IMG/VR virus record: IMGVR_UViG_3300044984_003256
Span: 1-33,114 of that record
Length of the DNA: 33,114 nt
Strand: one strand, 5' to 3'
Origin: a virus
Taxonomy: Duplodnaviria > Caudoviricetes
Numbering within the stretch: position 1 is the stretch's first letter; the number at the start of each line of letters is the position of its first letter. Below, in pieces: positions 18,922 to 28,870 of the stretch. The position numbers were made by a program, and so were the translations under genes. Under the pieces are notes generated by a model. The model was not told the origin of the DNA and did not search any database. It saw nothing but the letters and a program-made list of their open reading frames with translations.

Positions 18922-18929
18922 CCTAAATA
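18922..18929 (+). promoter_or_regulatory. late promoter-like box CCTAAATA
   Basis: Upstream of ORF 18949, followed by a GGAG SD. Confidence 0.7.
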
Positions 18930-18948
18930 TATGTGATTCGGAGTATCA

Positions 18949-19869
18949 ATGGCAAATAATATTACAGTAAATATTGCATCAGGACTTACCGCCTCTCTTG
19001 CTACCAATGAAGTAGGAGGTAGTCATTTCCAGGTCTTTAAAATGGCCTATGGTAATACTGCCAGTTCTACAGTTGTCAGTAGTACTACCCCACTACCTGT
19101 CATCCTATCAGCAGGCGTTACTGCAAACATTGTTAATTTTACTACTCCTATAATTGTACAGGGAAACAGCGCAGGCGGTCCTGTAACTGTTCAAGGCACC
19201 GTAAGTATCCTTGGGGTCAGCGGAGCTCCTATAGCGATCACTGGGGGCATTCCTCTCACGTATACAAACTCCAGCATCAAGGTATATGGTTACGATGGTA
19301 ACCCCTTTATTCGATCCGCTCTTGTTACTGTAGGTAACACAGCCATTGGTGTATCTGGCGACGCTCTTAAAGTTTATATTCAAGATATTAATATTACTGC
19401 TAGTATTAACCCGGTCATTTACGTACAAAATTATGGGTCTACTTCTGCTCTGAGAATTGAAGGTCTTTCTGGTGGTGTTTCACAAAATGTTACAGTAACT
19501 GGTACCGCTGGTATCAATGATACAAATATTCTAACTGGAATGACTGCCATCTATGGGTTGATGACTACCCTGAATGCAGCATTGATTGCAGCTGGTGCAG
19601 CCAGACCAGCAGTATTTACTGCAGGTAGGGTAACTGCTACAACTGGAGTTACTTGGTTGTTGGCTTCTGGTTATACTTCTGGAAGTGGTGTAAACCTGAA
19701 AGCATCGTCTGCAAACACAGATTTGATCTACATTAATGCTGATGGTGTTGCAAGTATAGGATATGAACTTGATCCTGGTCAGAATGTTTTCTTAGATGTA
19801 ATTAATCTGAATAAAATTTATATTCGCGCTAAGTCATCCACACAAATAATTTCATACATGGCTAGTTAA
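18949..19869 (+). CDS. putative virion structural protein (beta-rich, Gly/Thr/Ser/Val-rich)
   Basis: Late promoter; composition typical of fibre/decoration proteins; repeated G-x-[ST]-[GA]. Confidence 0.65.
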   Translation: MANNITVNIASGLTASLATNEVGGSHFQVFKMAYGNTASSTVVSSTTPLPVILSAGVTANIVNFTTPIIVQGNSAGGPVTVQGTVSILGVSGAPIAITGGIPLTYTNSSIKVYGYDGNPFIRSALVTVGNTAIGVSGDALKVYIQDINITASINPVIYVQNYGSTSALRIEGLSGGVSQNVTVTGTAGINDTNILTGMTAIYGLMTTLNAALIAAGAARPAVFTAGRVTATTGVTWLLASGYTSGSGVNLKASSANTDLIYINADGVASIGYELDPGQNVFLDVINLNKIYIRAKSSTQIISYMAS

Positions 19870-19871
19870 AT

Positions 19872-21200
19872 ATGGCTGTCCCACTAACAGTAGTAAAATC
19901 AACACAATCCTTTACTTTGGAATTTGTTGGGGCAACAGCAAATCCATGTTTAACTAAAGGCATAATTAACTCGACTCCAAATGTTTTGGCTTCGGGAAAT
20001 AGTTATTTCTTTAATTATTCTCACAGTAAAAATTCAAACGATTTAAAATTCTTAAAAATCTTTTTTGATACGATGTCTGTTGGTAATACCTGTGCGTTTA
20101 GCTCTGGTGTTTATGTAAACATCGATACAGGTGCAAAGACATATTGGTCCGGGCAATTTACATTACAAGGTAAAACCGGAGCATATAATGAATTTTTATA
20201 TTTTTCTGGTTTAACTGGAACATCTGGATTAGCAGGTGGCATATATGATGCAAACTTATTTACAGATGCAATTCAGTTTACAACCATAAATGGTTCGACA
20301 GCAAATATTCTGTTGTCTAAGTTACCAAACAATGATCCATTAAACCTTAAATACCTTGGTTTATATGGTAGTGACTTTGGTTATGAAGAATATGTGGAAG
20401 TCGAGAAGAGTACTTTAAACGCTGCACGTATTCCAGTTAAAAATTTTACGGTCCTAAATGATGGATCAGAAGTTGTATTACTTTCACAGTCATCTACCAT
20501 CACCAATGAAAATCTATACTTTCAAAATAGTTTAGTATCTACTTATATGCGAGGTATTCCAAGCATTGAAGCACTAAACTACGACGAAACTATTAATGGT
20601 GTTGTTAGGTACAACTATGTTGATCCGGGTGTATTTACTAGATTTATTGAATACCAGAATAAAAAACAATTTGAGTTACGACAGCTAACTACTTCAATTT
20701 ATGACATTACAAAATCTTGGTATCAAAATACAACTTTAAAAAGTTTAAATTTATCAACCAATACACCAATAACAGCACCATTATCTTTAGAACTATTAAA
20801 AATATACCATTTAACTTACAGAAACGCAGTTGTGACTGATTTTGTTGCTTCAACTGATTTTCAAATACCATTACTATTATCTACTACATCTATAAATGAA
20901 ATTTATATTGATGAAATAGTAACAAATACATTAACAATTACAGCCGGATCATTTATCCGTGATATCAATTTTAAAATTGATTTATCAGATTCTAGAAACT
21001 ATGGAACAATTATCAGTGCATTTGCTGACAGAAGTTGTTCAATTCCGTTAACTGGGTTAACGTATTTACTTGGTACACCTGGAACTGAGGGTGCTGCCTT
21101 TGTATTTGCTGGTACAGAAACTAGATTGAATACAAATATATTTCTTAAATTAGAACGAGAAACTACTTCTATTCTAGAACTTATAGTTTTAGTAAATTAA
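19872..21200 (+). CDS. hypothetical protein, probably virion-associated
   Basis: Co-oriented with and 2 nt after the preceding ORF; beta-rich composition. Confidence 0.65.
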   Translation: MAVPLTVVKSTQSFTLEFVGATANPCLTKGIINSTPNVLASGNSYFFNYSHSKNSNDLKFLKIFFDTMSVGNTCAFSSGVYVNIDTGAKTYWSGQFTLQGKTGAYNEFLYFSGLTGTSGLAGGIYDANLFTDAIQFTTINGSTANILLSKLPNNDPLNLKYLGLYGSDFGYEEYVEVEKSTLNAARIPVKNFTVLNDGSEVVLLSQSSTITNENLYFQNSLVSTYMRGIPSIEALNYDETINGVVRYNYVDPGVFTRFIEYQNKKQFELRQLTTSIYDITKSWYQNTTLKSLNLSTNTPITAPLSLELLKIYHLTYRNAVVTDFVASTDFQIPLLLSTTSINEIYIDEIVTNTLTITAGSFIRDINFKIDLSDSRNYGTIISAFADRSCSIPLTGLTYLLGTPGTEGAAFVFAGTETRLNTNIFLKLERETTSILELIVLVN

Positions 21201-21478
21201 ATAGCAACCCAAGCATAGTTATTACCATCGTAGTAATAAGAATAATATATACCATCCTTGACCCAGATTTGTCCAATCTCTGCGTTTAACGGTGGGTTAT
21301 CTGAATTAAAAATTTCAGTAGATCCAACAAAATTCCATGAATTTGTGTTTTCTAATGGTGACAAAGAAACAGGTTCTTTGGCTGCGTATAATTTTCCATG
21401 AAACATAACAACATCATTTGTGGAATACGTAGCCAAAGAACCATCAGATAGTTTCTTTTTATATTTGCCTTTAAACAC
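21197..21478 (-). CDS. small protein with CBM5/12-like and tail-fibre-like motifs
   Basis: YSTNDVVMFHGKLYAAK resembles Y..GD.V.Y.G..Y.A; PP.NAEIGQIW...YYYDGN..WV is a common fibre motif. GTG start preceded by AATAAATA (21484-21491). Confidence 0.55.
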   Translation of the reverse strand: MFKGKYKKKLSDGSLATYSTNDVVMFHGKLYAAKEPVSLSPLENTNSWNFVGSTEIFNSDNPPLNAEIGQIWVKDGIYYSYYYDGNNYAWVAI

Positions 21479-21495
21479 GCAAATATTTATTAAAA

Positions 21496-21789
21496 TTACT
21501 TAGTCACTTCAGTAACTGCATCTTGTTCTACAACAAGATTTGGATCAACCCAACGACCATAATATTCAATCATGTCTTCTGCAACATCAGTAGCAAACAT
21601 GATTGCTGTGGTAGGAATTAATGCACCTTCTTTAATTTTTGTATAAGGTAGCCAGTTTGCTAATCCTAGCTTATATTCTTGTAAATGAATAATTTGAGCA
21701 GGGTCTTCCATGTACCAATCAGAGTTTACTTTTTTAGCTTTTGCAATAACTTCTTCACCATTCACCATCTTAAAATATTTAATTTCCAT
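21496..21789 (-). CDS. Sm-like (LSm fold) protein
   Basis: K..KMVNGEEVIAK...DPAQI....GLANWLPY pattern of T4-like phage Sm-like proteins. Confidence 0.65.
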   Translation of the reverse strand: MEIKYFKMVNGEEVIAKAKKVNSDWYMEDPAQIIHLQEYKLGLANWLPYTKIKEGALIPTTAIMFATDVAEDMIEYYGRWVDPNLVVEQDAVTEVTK

Positions 21790-21810
21790 TTGTAACCTTT
21801 CGTTAATTGT

Positions 21811-21839
21811 ATTATATCACATATCTTTTAAATTGTCAA
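21811..21839 (-). promoter_or_regulatory. sigma70 promoter TTGACA-17-TATAAT
   Basis: Perfect consensus, followed by SD AAAGG before ORF 21789. Confidence 0.85.
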
Positions 21840-22390
21840 CGTTTTTTGTTTGCACATCCACAACCTGGTTTTTTGGCTTGAGATACTAATGTTTGTTTGG
21901 GTGCAAACAGTGCAATATGACCTTCCATATGTTCAGCTGAAATTTGTTGATGGTGTTTTATATTATTTTGTATTTTAGTTGCTTCTTGTTTATACCCACT
22001 TACGATTTCATCAATATATGAAAATTTAGTAAATGTCATTGTATAATAAGGAATTGTTAAAATTTTATTGAATTTTTTTCTTCTAGCCTCACAACCACAA
22101 TTTCCTTTTGTTATATAAATTATAAATTTTTTAATTCCTGTTATAGATGTAAAATAATCTATTATATCACCAGAACCAATACTATGTTTATATAATTTTA
22201 GTACTCTTTTAAAACTAAAAGTAAAATTAATATATTTAATATAATTAGATGATATAGTTTCTTTTTTAGTTTCAGTATAAAGTTCGACATCCAATCCTGG
22301 GTTTGTGTTTAAACTATCTCTAGTAAATGTCTGTGTACCATCCCCAGAATATGATTCTCCTGACACAAAATGATTATTATTAAAATGCAT
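21836..22390 (-). CDS. hypothetical protein with two CGC motifs
   Basis: G.GD.I...T..TGIKK...CGCEARRKKFN and C-terminal KPGCGCANKKR; directly downstream of the giant Cys-rich gene. Confidence 0.7.
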   Translation of the reverse strand: MHFNNNHFVSGESYSGDGTQTFTRDSLNTNPGLDVELYTETKKETISSNYIKYINFTFSFKRVLKLYKHSIGSGDIIDYFTSITGIKKFIIYITKGNCGCEARRKKFNKILTIPYYTMTFTKFSYIDEIVSGYKQEATKIQNNIKHHQQISAEHMEGHIALFAPKQTLVSQAKKPGCGCANKKR

Positions 22391-22402
22391 ATATTTTTCC
22401 TA

Positions 22403-25400
22403 TTAGTAATCTGTTAACGCAACACACGTTAAATCTGAAGCAACTCCGTACATAGCAGTATTCCCGTTTTCATATTTAAGGAACCCATAAAACTTATCAA
22501 TATCAGCACCAGTAGGTGTAGGATTATTTGGACATTGATTTCCATCTGCCAAATCCCATCCACCTTGAAATGCCGGAGGATCATATGTAGCACCTGTAGG
22601 TAACCATGTAGATTTTAATTCTTCATAAACTCTAAAAAGTTTAAGTGTTTGTTCATACTCATATGTTATATTATCTCCAACTAAATTATATTTTTTTAAA
22701 TCATCTATATCATATTCTGCAAGAACACTATAAACTGCATTTACACTACATTGTAAATTACACCCAGCACATTGTGCCTCATAGTTTGGACATGGGCAAG
22801 CTGGACCAGTATAGCATTGTGCAGTGAATCCTGGGGGCAATCTTCCTGTATATGGACCAAATTCTACTAAAGGTCCTAAATAATTTGATGCACCAGCTTG
22901 GAAGTATAAAGTTTTGTCAAATAGTGCAATCGAACTACTGAGATAACCATTGCTATGTGTTGGGACACCAGTATCACCAGTATCTCTACATGCTGCACCA
23001 GGATTATATATCCATCCACCTGGACCCAACAAATTAGCTCCAGCATTTACATCTTTGCAACCAGAACATGTTGGACATGTATTGTTAGGATCACAATTAT
23101 CAGTTGAATTACACGAACAAGTTTGGCAAGCGGATGATCCACGACTACCAATATTTATAGAAGATGAAAAATCTTGTTTTAATTTTTCCAAAAGATGCCC
23201 ACCAACATAAACAGTTGGGTATTGCATATAATAATCTATTTGATAAGCAGGTATGATACAATCCTCTGGAGTCATTGTAAAATTCATATACGTAGCTGAA
23301 GTTGAACCTGGGTTCTCTTGAGAACGATCTGTGCCCCAATTATATGATCTATATTTTAAGGGTGCATTTTTTACTTCATATAAACCAGTAGTAGAATTAT
23401 ACCCATAATAAAAACATTTTTTTGCATAATAAAAGTAAGTTATATTTGTATCAACTACACCACAACAACCAACACTTGTTTTTCCAAAATATTTATGAGA
23501 TTGAACAAAAAAATCTTTATTTGAAGAAAAACCAGATCTACCATAAATACCATCTTTAAAACACATAACACCAACTCCAATAAAAGAATTTGGAGCACCA
23601 CAATCATACTTATAATAAGTTTCTGATTCTGGTGGACATCCACATGGATCTTCACAGTCACATCTATATCCACTACCAAATGCTGTGCGGGATGGACTGT
23701 ACGCAAATGCACTGGGTAGACCATCACCCATCCAACATATATCACCTTGTCCAGAATAACACCCACCAATCATACCACTTAATTGGTTATTTGCATCTGC
23801 TGTTGTTTGATCTGCAGTACCTACACCTGTACCATAGTCATTAGTACTCATACCATCATTTCCAACAGAATCTCTCATAAGACCGCATCCACTTCCATCA
23901 TCTAGTGGATCACGTGTATGCAATGGAGTAACTTGTTGATATCTTCTGCTATTTGGTTTCATCCAATAATACTTGGGGTGACCAGTATAACATAAATTAG
24001 CCTCACCTTTTTTCCAATAAATACTGCATTTATCTGGTTGTATTACTTCATTATCTTGTTCTTGTGCACCAAGTTGGTTACATGATCTACCAAATAGCCA
24101 TTTGGAAATATCCCAGTGCCCTTTGACACATCTAAAGAAAGCTTGACTTTGAAAATATAGAGGAAGATTAAGAGTACTATAAAATTGTAATAAATTATGT
24201 CCTGTATATGTATTAAATGAACGCTGATTCCATGTATTAATTCTGAATCCACTATTAACAATACCAATCGCATGACCATAACTCAGAGCAGCATCTTCAA
24301 AGTCATATTCGGTATATGGTAATTTATCAACACCAAAATCATATGAACCTTGTGAATTACGCGAAGGTCTTGTAAAAATATCTAAGAATTTTTGAACATT
24401 ATTTTGTCTTCTATGTAACACACCAAAAGAATTAACACCAGCTATAATTTTCTCAATATAGTCATAAGATTTAGTGTCAGACCCGGTTAATCCAGAAATT
24501 GCAGTATTATTTAAAGCTGAAACCATTTCTGAATGTCCCCAGATAATTACATTAACTGGTGTGTCTGATCCTGTTACAGCAATACTATAATCTGGTCCAC
24601 CATCTACATCAAAGATGTTAACAGATGCTATAGTTTTGTTTGCAGTAGTATAAACAAGTTTATCATCAGCTTCGCCAACGCAACCAAAAGTAAGTCCACC
24701 TAATGACCATCTATCTGGGCCAATAAGATTAGTAGGAACAAATGCTGAAATAGGATTTATTCCAGTATTACCTGTTAAATCTTGTTGATTTGGTCCAAGA
24801 ACATTACCAGACTGATCTATTTTAACATACTTTCCCCAAACCTTTAAATTTTGATCAGACGAAACAGCAATACTATGATATTGTCCTGCTCCAACTTTGG
24901 TATAAAAAGGTCTTTCCGGTGCAGTTATACCACCAGCATAATAAAATGGTATTCCTGGTCTATTTGGATCTAAATCTTCATAATTATTAACAGAATACAA
25001 ATAACATCTAATATCACATTTTAAATTGGGTTGGGATTGTTGTCCAATACAATGTTTTGATTTCCATTCACTAAGACTAGCTGGGTTCCATTCAATATCT
25101 TTAAAATAACCAGGTACAGGCATGTTTTCAATATATGTGAAATCAGGTTCAACTGAAACTGCTATTGGTGCTTTACCATATGATGCTTGATCATATGTAT
25201 TATCACTTTCTGGAGTTACAAATAAACATCCATCACCAGTAATAGCAACACAATGTTTTGCTCCTGCTGCTACATCTACCCATAATCTATATCTATTTTT
25301 TAAAGGCATTGTATTACTAACGCCTGCTGGTACAATATTAGTATCATTAGAAGAAGGGCAATAGTATAAGTCGCCTGGGGGATTATAAAAAACACCATAC

Positions 25401-28400
25401 TGATTATCTGGTCCCCATGTTTTTAAAGCAAAGGTATTATCATTAACACCATATCCGTAACCAGGGCAGCTAGGGTAAACTCCCCAACGACCAAAACTTG
25501 GATCTTGTCTGTATATACCACCATAGTTTGGATCAGAAGGACCACTGGCAACCCATTGAACACCACAATTAGAATCTAATTTTCTATTTGTATTGTTGCT
25601 AGTTTCATTACCAATATGAATTCCCAAAGGATATTGTTCGTAATTGACCAAAGCTACGGCAAATTTACCTTTAGAAGAAATTTTTTCTATACTTCCACCA
25701 GCCATATCTGCTGGATTTTCTTGAAGGTCTTGACGATAACTTAAATGTAATGGTACACAACCAAGAGATGATCTAAAATTATTTGTATCGGTGTCTGTAA
25801 TACAATCAGGAATAGAATTATTTCCTGTAATTTGAACTTTTCCATTTACGGTAATTGCAAAATTAGTGCCAAGATCATTTGTGTGAACAGAAGAGTACAC
25901 TAAATTAATATTTGATTGAATATTAAGTGGAGATGGATTATAATCACTACAGCCATTATTGTCACATCCCCATGCTGTTAATCCAGATGAAATTGGTGTC
26001 GGTACTAATTTAACTCTTCTTGGTCCCAAGAACATTGGACCCGGAAGTTCTGTTCTTCTAGCTAATATTTCTGGATTAATCATCCTTTTAATAACTTTAG
26101 CAGTTACATAGGGTTTCATAGCAGCCCAATCAGGGATATTATTGTTACCAATATCAAAACCAATTAGACGCTTTAAAAAACTTATCATATAATAATAACC
26201 ATCAGATCCACCAATTTGTGTTTTAATAAAATTATTTGGAAAAACAACAACAGGTTCATTATCAATAGTTGTAATGGTAATCTGATCTAATATTTCAATC
26301 AATTCATCAGCAATATCTTTAGCGTGATCTTTAACACTAATAATATTATATCTAATCATTTCGGTAAGACATGTTTTTACATATTCATACATTGAAACAT
26401 CTACAGGTTCTACATATGGTTCATTTACAGTAGGTGGCTTAATAATATTATTATAAAAATACAAATAATATTGTTCTAAAAATTTAGCTCCATTAAATGT
26501 TGCACCATCAATTAAAATATTTTTTTCTTTTGATACTTGTTCAAAGTTATAAAGATCTGCAAAGAATATAGGAATACCAGATGAACCGTACATAACAGTT
26601 CGTGGGGTGTAGCGTTGAATTTGCCAACGCATAGCAGCTCGTGGTTCATAATTAAAACTACAAGGTTTTACAAATCCAGCATATGGTCTCTCATAAGGTA
26701 TTAATAAAATTAAAGCATGATTCATTAACAGAGGTGGTTGTGGAGAAAATGGTGCTTTACTATGGTATGCCCATGACTCAAAATGATGTTCTAAAGATAC
26801 AATTCCAACTAATTTATTATATAAAGAATCTTTTTTATTATATATTTTGGTAAAACGTAATGCAGTCCATTTTTTACCATCTTCTAATATAGAAGCAGAT
26901 TTATAAGTTGCACCTAAAGTTTCTTGTTCAGTTGGGTTATCTGAACCATAATGAAAAATATCAAACGCCAAAGTATAAAGCGAAATAGATATTCTACTTA
27001 AATATGGAGAAATACCACGACTAAAACAACTAGTATTATAATTTGGATTATATGCTGGTGGGTCTATACCCCTAACTTCAGTACAACCAATTCCTAAAGC
27101 TTGTATACTATAACCCCAACCACTTGCTTTTGGGTAATTTAAAAACTTACCACGTTTTGTATTAAAACGTTGTATTTCTTCTTTGCAACTTTGAAATCCA
27201 GTACCCTGAGTAGTAAAACAAGTACAACACCCTAATTCTGATATTCTTACTTTTGGTAAAAATGGATTTTTTCCTGCAATATATCCACCAAAAAATTGTC
27301 GCTTTGAAATATTAATACGTCTCTGTAATGTATCATACACTCCTCCACTTAAATGCGGAAAATTGGTACACTGACAAGGATAACTATTATAGTCTCTTGA
27401 ACATCCATCATCAAAATTATCAAATGCGTTCTTACAAGATGGGTGAAAATCACTTTGTGCTCCGTCAAATTCATTCACTCTTCCAAAGAAATAATCACAC
27501 GATTTTATTCCTTTTGGGTTTATATACCCAGGGCATTGACTTGGTGTTCTATTGTAATTAAAAATATATTCTGGTGGATACCAAATAAAATTACATGATG
27601 AATATCTATAGATAAAATAGATAGGGGGTGCTGCTGGGTTACCACCACTGAATACACATTTAGTACATGGAGTTTGACCAGTTGGTAATCTAAGATTATT
27701 ACCATAAGCATCCGCACTAAGAGTTTTTACTAAATTTGTAACATCTTTTGTTCCAGAATACACTTCTGTGGTATCTAATTCTGGATCTAGTGCTAACATA
27801 TTATCTTTATAATTAACATTACTCAATAACAGTTCACTATTTGTTATTTGTTGTTTTGTACCACCATATATTGGATCACAAAAATTAATACATTCTTCTG
27901 AACAGTTTTCACAAATATTAGTATTTTTATTTTGACAATTTATACTGCTATTATCAACACAATCAATATCAATATTGTTATCCTGTAAACATTTTTTGCA
28001 TCTACTTAAAAATTCTAAAGCAGTTTTAAATTTGGTATTGTTAAAATTACCTGGTATATTATTTTCTAATACTTGTTTTTCTGTTGCTTTTAATTTTTTA
28101 TTTTTACTAACATCTAGTGTATTCAAATATGATAAAGAAGCTACATTATAATTACCTTCATACGCAGCAGAATTTTTAAAAAATTTCTTTACAAAAGTTT
28201 TAAAAACAGATGGTACGTTATTTGGTGTTTGTTTTTCTAGTCCTGTCCCAGCATTTTGACAGGGTCCAACTCCAGGACATGGTGCGCCTCCAGGTGGTAT
28301 ACATCCTGGACCACTACTAGAACCAAAAACTTGACATTGGCATGTACCAGAACACCCCCGTGGATCATTATCCGGAGTATCTATACAACAACATGGTGCA

Positions 28401-28777
28401 CAAACTGCTGGAGTATTTTTACCATCTGGATCATACTTAAACCTATTACCATAATCATGAAATGGAGTATTATTGGAACCCGGATCGGGAGAACCACATT
28501 TACATCCATCACGAGAACATGTTCTACAACATTTTGGACAACCATCTAAGCCGCCACCACCACCCGGACCACCACCACCACTTGTAGGTGCTACTATTGA
28601 ATATTCTCTCCCCTTTGACTGAGATCCCGGGCGATTAATTTTTAATACAATTAAATCCTGATCAGATACTGGGCATGCGCTATCTAATTCAGTATCAAAT
28701 AAAGTTACGAATTGATCTTTTAAAATTGGGTCACAGCATGTATTTGAAGTCGTACAACAACATTTTCTTGATATCAT
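22403..28777 (-). CDS. giant cysteine-rich protein with RCC1-like beta-propeller, probably virion-associated
   Basis: 2124-aa ORF starting MISRKCCC. RCC1-type blades VAAGAKHCVAI.GDG, VGAGQYHSIAVSSDQNLKVWG, VDGGPDYSIAV...IWG. Late box at 28799-28806. Confidence 0.75.
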   Translation of the reverse strand: MISRKCCCTTSNTCCDPILKDQFVTLFDTELDSACPVSDQDLIVLKINRPGSQSKGREYSIVAPTSGGGGPGGGGGLDGCPKCCRTCSRDGCKCGSPDPGSNNTPFHDYGNRFKYDPDGKNTPAVCAPCCCIDTPDNDPRGCSGTCQCQVFGSSSGPGCIPPGGAPCPGVGPCQNAGTGLEKQTPNNVPSVFKTFVKKFFKNSAAYEGNYNVASLSYLNTLDVSKNKKLKATEKQVLENNIPGNFNNTKFKTALEFLSRCKKCLQDNNIDIDCVDNSSINCQNKNTNICENCSEECINFCDPIYGGTKQQITNSELLLSNVNYKDNMLALDPELDTTEVYSGTKDVTNLVKTLSADAYGNNLRLPTGQTPCTKCVFSGGNPAAPPIYFIYRYSSCNFIWYPPEYIFNYNRTPSQCPGYINPKGIKSCDYFFGRVNEFDGAQSDFHPSCKNAFDNFDDGCSRDYNSYPCQCTNFPHLSGGVYDTLQRRINISKRQFFGGYIAGKNPFLPKVRISELGCCTCFTTQGTGFQSCKEEIQRFNTKRGKFLNYPKASGWGYSIQALGIGCTEVRGIDPPAYNPNYNTSCFSRGISPYLSRISISLYTLAFDIFHYGSDNPTEQETLGATYKSASILEDGKKWTALRFTKIYNKKDSLYNKLVGIVSLEHHFESWAYHSKAPFSPQPPLLMNHALILLIPYERPYAGFVKPCSFNYEPRAAMRWQIQRYTPRTVMYGSSGIPIFFADLYNFEQVSKEKNILIDGATFNGAKFLEQYYLYFYNNIIKPPTVNEPYVEPVDVSMYEYVKTCLTEMIRYNIISVKDHAKDIADELIEILDQITITTIDNEPVVVFPNNFIKTQIGGSDGYYYMISFLKRLIGFDIGNNNIPDWAAMKPYVTAKVIKRMINPEILARRTELPGPMFLGPRRVKLVPTPISSGLTAWGCDNNGCSDYNPSPLNIQSNINLVYSSVHTNDLGTNFAITVNGKVQITGNNSIPDCITDTDTNNFRSSLGCVPLHLSYRQDLQENPADMAGGSIEKISSKGKFAVALVNYEQYPLGIHIGNETSNNTNRKLDSNCGVQWVASGPSDPNYGGIYRQDPSFGRWGVYPSCPGYGYGVNDNTFALKTWGPDNQYGVFYNPPGDLYYCPSSNDTNIVPAGVSNTMPLKNRYRLWVDVAAGAKHCVAITGDGCLFVTPESDNTYDQASYGKAPIAVSVEPDFTYIENMPVPGYFKDIEWNPASLSEWKSKHCIGQQSQPNLKCDIRCYLYSVNNYEDLDPNRPGIPFYYAGGITAPERPFYTKVGAGQYHSIAVSSDQNLKVWGKYVKIDQSGNVLGPNQQDLTGNTGINPISAFVPTNLIGPDRWSLGGLTFGCVGEADDKLVYTTANKTIASVNIFDVDGGPDYSIAVTGSDTPVNVIIWGHSEMVSALNNTAISGLTGSDTKSYDYIEKIIAGVNSFGVLHRRQNNVQKFLDIFTRPSRNSQGSYDFGVDKLPYTEYDFEDAALSYGHAIGIVNSGFRINTWNQRSFNTYTGHNLLQFYSTLNLPLYFQSQAFFRCVKGHWDISKWLFGRSCNQLGAQEQDNEVIQPDKCSIYWKKGEANLCYTGHPKYYWMKPNSRRYQQVTPLHTRDPLDDGSGCGLMRDSVGNDGMSTNDYGTGVGTADQTTADANNQLSGMIGGCYSGQGDICWMGDGLPSAFAYSPSRTAFGSGYRCDCEDPCGCPPESETYYKYDCGAPNSFIGVGVMCFKDGIYGRSGFSSNKDFFVQSHKYFGKTSVGCCGVVDTNITYFYYAKKCFYYGYNSTTGLYEVKNAPLKYRSYNWGTDRSQENPGSTSATYMNFTMTPEDCIIPAYQIDYYMQYPTVYVGGHLLEKLKQDFSSSINIGSRGSSACQTCSCNSTDNCDPNNTCPTCSGCKDVNAGANLLGPGGWIYNPGAACRDTGDTGVPTHSNGYLSSSIALFDKTLYFQAGASNYLGPLVEFGPYTGRLPPGFTAQCYTGPACPCPNYEAQCAGCNLQCSVNAVYSVLAEYDIDDLKKYNLVGDNITYEYEQTLKLFRVYEELKSTWLPTGATYDPPAFQGGWDLADGNQCPNNPTPTGADIDKFYGFLKYENGNTAMYGVASDLTCVALTDY

Positions 28778-28798
28778 AAATTAATCACCTGTTACATC

Positions 28799-28806
28799 TA
28801 TTTAGG
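28799..28806 (-). promoter_or_regulatory. late promoter-like box CCTAAATA
   Basis: Upstream of the giant Cys-rich gene, followed by an AGGTGA SD. Confidence 0.7.
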
Positions 28807-28815
28807 TGCCCAAAT

Positions 28816-28846
28816 AAAAAACCACCCCATTGCTGGAGTGGTTTTT
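28816..28846 (-). terminator. intrinsic terminator
   Basis: Minus strand AAAAACCACTCCA-GCAA-TGGGGTGGTTTTTT: GNRA loop and U tract after the winged-helix gene. Confidence 0.85.
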
Positions 28847-28870
28847 GAAAGGCTAAACTTTTTTGAAAGT

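Noticed and set aside
2353-28549. Short alternative-frame and antisense ORFs (e.g. 2353, 5778, 5821, 6646, 6999, 7038, 7820, 11067, 12417, 12800, 15149, 15190, 16310, 17980, 18694, 19108, 22645-24279, 27328, 27520, 28256)
   Set aside because: All lie within well-supported genes, lack recognisable motifs, and look like shadow ORFs.
28548-28582. CCACCA/CCG tandem repeat
   Set aside because: Simply encodes the poly-Gly linker of the giant protein.
22403-28777. Diversity-generating retroelement target in the giant protein
   Set aside because: No reverse transcriptase and no template/variable repeat pair noticed in the window; cannot be excluded elsewhere in the genome.
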